Positions 60,999-64,000 of a stretch of 64,000 nt of DNA are shown here, one piece after another; position 1 is the stretch's first letter; every line of letters begins with the position of its first letter. Source of the stretch: Thermoplasmata archaeon (GTDB lineage: Archaea; Thermoplasmatota; Thermoplasmata; UBA10834); the NCBI GenBank assembly GCA_041559015.1, contig JBFFED010000005.1, positions 2,577 through 66,576 of the forward strand, read 5' to 3'. A program made the translations under genes and the position numbers. The notes below the pieces were generated by a model that worked only from the letters and a program-made list of their open reading frames with translations, did not search any database and was not told where the DNA came from.

Positions 60999-61856
60999 AT
61001 GGCGGCCGACGCGGAGGGTATCAGGATTGAGCATCTCGCTCATGGGCAGCTGGACGCCCTGATAGATGCCCAGAACGGGATATTCGAGGACTACATCATC
61101 CCGATAAGGTCCTCGAGACAATTCTTCACGGACTTCCTCAAGTCGGTCGGAGGGGACCTCAGGAACGTGCTCGTGTCGCTGGACGGCGACAGGATAGTCG
61201 GCTATGCGAACCCGGTCGTGGACGGGGACGAGGCGTGGATAGGCGGCATCGGTGTGCTGCCGTCCCACAGGGGCATGGGCATCGGGACGAAGTTGATGCT
61301 CGCCGCGGAGCGGGAGTGCATAGAGAGAGGCGTCCGAGAGATATCCCTGGAGGTCATAGAGGGCAACGACCGTGCGATGAGGCTCTATGACCGACTCGGG
61401 TATGTCGGCGGCAGGAGGTACCTGACGGCAGAGGGCAGGCCCGTCAGGTTCCAGGGCTTCGGCCAGATGCCGGAGCCGGCGAGCCAGGCCGAGATAGTGC
61501 GGATGCACGCGAAGTCATATGGTGACACCTGCTGGCAGAAGCGGAAGACGGACGCCGTGATCTCATCCGCCCAGGGCGCAGAGCGTTACAGGGTCGATGG
61601 GGGCTTCGTTCTGGTCAGGTCGGTCGAAACAAGCGGGTTCATACCGTTCTTGGGAGTCCTCCCGGAGAAGAGGAGGATGGGCGTCGCGACTTCGCTGGCG
61701 AAGTTCGCCCTGACGAAGCTCTGGGACCTCGGGGCGTTCAAGGTGACCGTCTACAACGTCAACGACGACACGCCCACGCTCAAGCTCCTGGACATGTTCG
61801 ACTTCAAGGTCACGATGGGGCAGCTCGAGATGAGGAAGAATCTGACTGAGAAATGA
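60999..61856 (+). CDS. GNAT-family acetyltransferase with two GNAT-like halves
   Basis: 285 aa. First half IGGIGVLPSHRGMGIGTKLM...NDRAMRLYDRLGY. Second half FLGVLPEKRRMGVATSLAKF. Confidence 0.7.
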   Translation: MAADAEGIRIEHLAHGQLDALIDAQNGIFEDYIIPIRSSRQFFTDFLKSVGGDLRNVLVSLDGDRIVGYANPVVDGDEAWIGGIGVLPSHRGMGIGTKLMLAAERECIERGVREISLEVIEGNDRAMRLYDRLGYVGGRRYLTAEGRPVRFQGFGQMPEPASQAEIVRMHAKSYGDTCWQKRKTDAVISSAQGAERYRVDGGFVLVRSVETSGFIPFLGVLPEKRRMGVATSLAKFALTKLWDLGAFKVTVYNVNDDTPTLKLLDMFDFKVTMGQLEMRKNLTEK

Positions 61857-61890
61857 GGGGCGAAGTGGTTTCAGGTTCCTGATCGGGCGG

Positions 61891-62781
61891 CTACTGGCGG
61901 TACTGGGCCGTCTTCTCGTCCGCCTGCCACTTCTTGTTGACCCAGTCCTGGATCTTAGTGATGTCGTCCTCGGTCATGTGCCTGAACCTGCCCTGGAGCT
62001 TAAGGTAGTCCCGCACCGGCGTCATCTTGGGCTTCTTGCTTATGGTGAACTTGCCGTTCTCACACTCATAAAGCGTCCACATGCCCGTGTCGACCGCCAG
62101 CTTGGCTATCTCCACTGTCTTCGCAGTGTCGTGTCTCCAGCCGGTGGGGCACGGTGCGAACACCTGGATGTACCTGAAACCCTTGATCCTCTTCGCCTTC
62201 TCGAACTTGTTAATGAAGTCCTGTATGTGCCCGACCGAGGTAGTGGCCACGTATGGCACGTTGTGCGCTATCATGATCTGGGGCATGTCCTTCTTGAAGG
62301 CCGACTTGCCTGACTTCACCTTGCCGATGGGGGTCGTGGTCGTCCACGCCCCGTACGGGGTACTCCCAGACCTCTGTATCCCCGTGTTCATGTACGCCTC
62401 GTTGTCGTACATCACGTAGATGATGTCCTCATTCCTCTCGGCCGCCGCCGAGAGTGCCTGTATGCCTATGTCCGCAGTGCCACCATCGCCGGCAATGCCC
62501 ATGACTATGGTGTCGTCCTTGCCCCTGGCCTTGAGCGCCCTCTTAGTGCCTGTAGCGCACGCGGCGGTGTTCTCGAACGCGACGTCCTGATAGGGAACCT
62601 TCCACGCAACCAATGGATACGTACCCCCGAAGACCAGCATGCAGCATGCCGGGTTCTGCACGACCGTGTTAGGCCCGAGTATCTTCATCAGGTTCCTTAC
62701 GGCGATCGCGCCTCCGCAGCCTGCGCACGCAGTGTGTCCCCTCGTGAACAGTTCCTCATCAGGCAGTTCCTTCAACTTCAA
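61891..62781 (-). CDS. porB: Pyruvate/2-oxoacid:ferredoxin oxidoreductase beta subunit (TPP-binding)
   Basis: 296 aa. CAGCGG, GIAGDGGTADIG, YDNEAYMNTGIQRS, and CPTGW at the C-terminus. Confidence 0.9.
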   Translation of the reverse strand: MKLKELPDEELFTRGHTACAGCGGAIAVRNLMKILGPNTVVQNPACCMLVFGGTYPLVAWKVPYQDVAFENTAACATGTKRALKARGKDDTIVMGIAGDGGTADIGIQALSAAAERNEDIIYVMYDNEAYMNTGIQRSGSTPYGAWTTTTPIGKVKSGKSAFKKDMPQIMIAHNVPYVATTSVGHIQDFINKFEKAKRIKGFRYIQVFAPCPTGWRHDTAKTVEIAKLAVDTGMWTLYECENGKFTISKKPKMTPVRDYLKLQGRFRHMTEDDITKIQDWVNKKWQADEKTAQYRQ

Positions 62782-63959
62782 GGCTCCACCCCCCTTGTGG
62801 AGATCCAGACGATGTCGCGCTTGGCCTTTCCGGTCTTGGCCGCCTCGAGCAGTCTGTCGAACATGAGCCCTAGATCGCCGAGTGAGACGTCTCTTCCTCC
62901 CAGGCCGCCGATGAAGTCTATCGTCGGGACGTTCAATCCGTACAGGGCGTTCCTCAACTCGATGTACGATGGGCCGCCTACGCCGTATGACACAGCCCTG
63001 TCGAAGGTTCCGAGCGCCTTGACATTCTGGGCGATCTTCCTCATCTGCTCGGTCGGGTATGGCCTCCAGTACCTCAGCTTCACGAGCCCGACCTTCTTGC
63101 CCTTTGACCTGTATTCGTCGACAACCTCATGGGCCGTCGAGCTCGCGGAGCCCATCGTGACAAGGACGGCGTCGGCGTCTTCGACCATGTACGGGTCGAT
63201 CATGCCACCCCAGTCCCTTCCGAACTGCTTGGCGAACGCGGCGTTGACCTCTTCCACGACTTTCGGCGCGTCCCGCATGACCTTGTCCATCTGCCATCTC
63301 GTCTCTTGCACGTAATCTGGCGGCACAAGGGTCCCGTAGGCTACCGGATTGTCGGGATCGAGGAAAGGCCCCGGGGACTTGAACTTCGGCACGAACTTGT
63401 CCGCATCCGAGGGTTCCACCAAATCAACTGGCTCCACCGTGTGCGAGAGTATGAACGCGTCCAGGTTGACCACCATTGGAAGCGCGATCCGCTTGTCCTC
63501 TGCGATCTTGTATGCCTGGAGCACCATGTCGTGGACCTCCTGGTTGTTGTCGCAGAATACCTGCAGCCAGCCGGAGTCCCGCTCCGGCATTATGTCGTTG
63601 TGCTCGACCCATATGTTGATGGGCGCGGCTATGGCTCTGTTGACCACCGCCATGACTATGGGCAGGCGCATGCCCGATGCGCACGGGAGTATCTCATGCA
63701 TCAGCGCGAGGCCCTGTGAGGACGTCGCGGTGAAGGCCCGCACGCCGGTCGCGCTCGCAGCCACGCAGGCGCTCAGAGCTGAGTGCTCGCTCTCGACCTC
63801 GACGTATTCGCACTGCATCTCGCCATTGTTCACGAACTCGGAGAGATGTTCCACGATGAATGTCTGTGGCGTGATCGGGTATGCTGCGACGAACGCGGCC
63901 CTGGACCTCATCGCACCATATGCAGCCGCGTAGTTTCCAGTTACGACCTTCTTTGGCAT
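62778..63959 (-). CDS. porA: Pyruvate/2-oxoacid:ferredoxin oxidoreductase alpha subunit
   Basis: 393 aa. GNYAAAYGA...AAYPITPQT...ESEHSA...TATSSQGL. ATGA-type overlap with porB. Confidence 0.9.
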   Translation of the reverse strand: MPKKVVTGNYAAAYGAMRSRAAFVAAYPITPQTFIVEHLSEFVNNGEMQCEYVEVESEHSALSACVAASATGVRAFTATSSQGLALMHEILPCASGMRLPIVMAVVNRAIAAPINIWVEHNDIMPERDSGWLQVFCDNNQEVHDMVLQAYKIAEDKRIALPMVVNLDAFILSHTVEPVDLVEPSDADKFVPKFKSPGPFLDPDNPVAYGTLVPPDYVQETRWQMDKVMRDAPKVVEEVNAAFAKQFGRDWGGMIDPYMVEDADAVLVTMGSASSTAHEVVDEYRSKGKKVGLVKLRYWRPYPTEQMRKIAQNVKALGTFDRAVSYGVGGPSYIELRNALYGLNVPTIDFIGGLGGRDVSLGDLGLMFDRLLEAAKTGKAKRDIVWISTRGVEP

Positions 63960-63965
63960 CCTCGA

Positions 63966-64000
63966 TCACCTCACCATCTTTATTGCGTCCGCAGGGCACT
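63966..64000 (-). CDS. porD: Partial CDS: C-terminal end of the ferredoxin-type delta subunit of the oxidoreductase
   Basis: Own translation ...CPADAIKMVR-stop (TGA 63968-63966), 6 nt upstream of the porA ATG. CP.DAI is the end of a [4Fe-4S] motif. The gene order D-A-B fits por/vor operons. Confidence 0.5.
   Translation of the reverse strand, partial: CPADAIKMVR

Noticed and set aside
1-64000. CRISPR arrays, rRNA genes, IS elements and toxin-antitoxin or other defence-type gene pairs.
   Set aside because: I saw no regularly spaced repeats, no rRNA-like segments, no transposase-like translations and no small paired ORFs with defence-like features while reading the ORF track and the intergenic regions.

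Overview
This window looks like an archaeal chromosomal segment. It is GC-rich and has tRNAs with canonical 37/38 introns behind TATA boxes, a Sec61beta gene, Mvh-type [NiFe] hydrogenase genes and 4-nt start/stop overlaps throughout.

Layout by coordinate:
- 0.6-9.2 kb: a giant TPR-like protein, a four-gene MgtE-type cation transporter module, and small housekeeping or hypothetical genes.
- 9.2-36.7 kb: a hydrogenase/heterodisulfide-reductase island. hypBFCAD sits on the left and an inverted hypE on the right. Between them are hdrA-hdrC-hdrB-mvhD, then three repeats of a 'tandem HdrA + MvhD-domain gene' module, then mvhG-mvhA and a maturation protease.
- 36.8-41.6 kb: mobA, two paralogous membrane proteins, a GNAT, tRNA-Ser, a nitrilase-family gene divergent from nadE, and tRNA-Glu.
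- 41.6-49.6 kb: an apparently lower-GC accessory stretch with a cell-surface operon (TasA/bundling-pilin-like protein, large Ser/Thr-rich secreted protein, SipW-like signal peptidase I, membrane proteins) and a PA/M28 peptidase.
- 49.8-56.9 kb: a nine-gene translationally coupled histidine operon, hisG-D-C-H-A-B-F-IE plus a PHP phosphatase.
- 57.3-64.0 kb: a GAF histidine kinase, Sec61beta, a receiver protein, class II lysS, a GNAT and porDAB.

The most unusual content is the multi-module Hdr/Mvh island:
- Two HdrA proteins are single-chain tandem fusions.
- A third is split in frame by TGA-TGA-TGA and carries a GltD/NfnB-like NAD(P)H module.
- One MvhD domain is fused to HdrC and HdrB.
- An uncharacterised winged-helix-like domain accompanies MvhD twice, once fused and once as a separate gene.

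All calls rest on reading the supplied translations and the DNA by eye. No database search was run.
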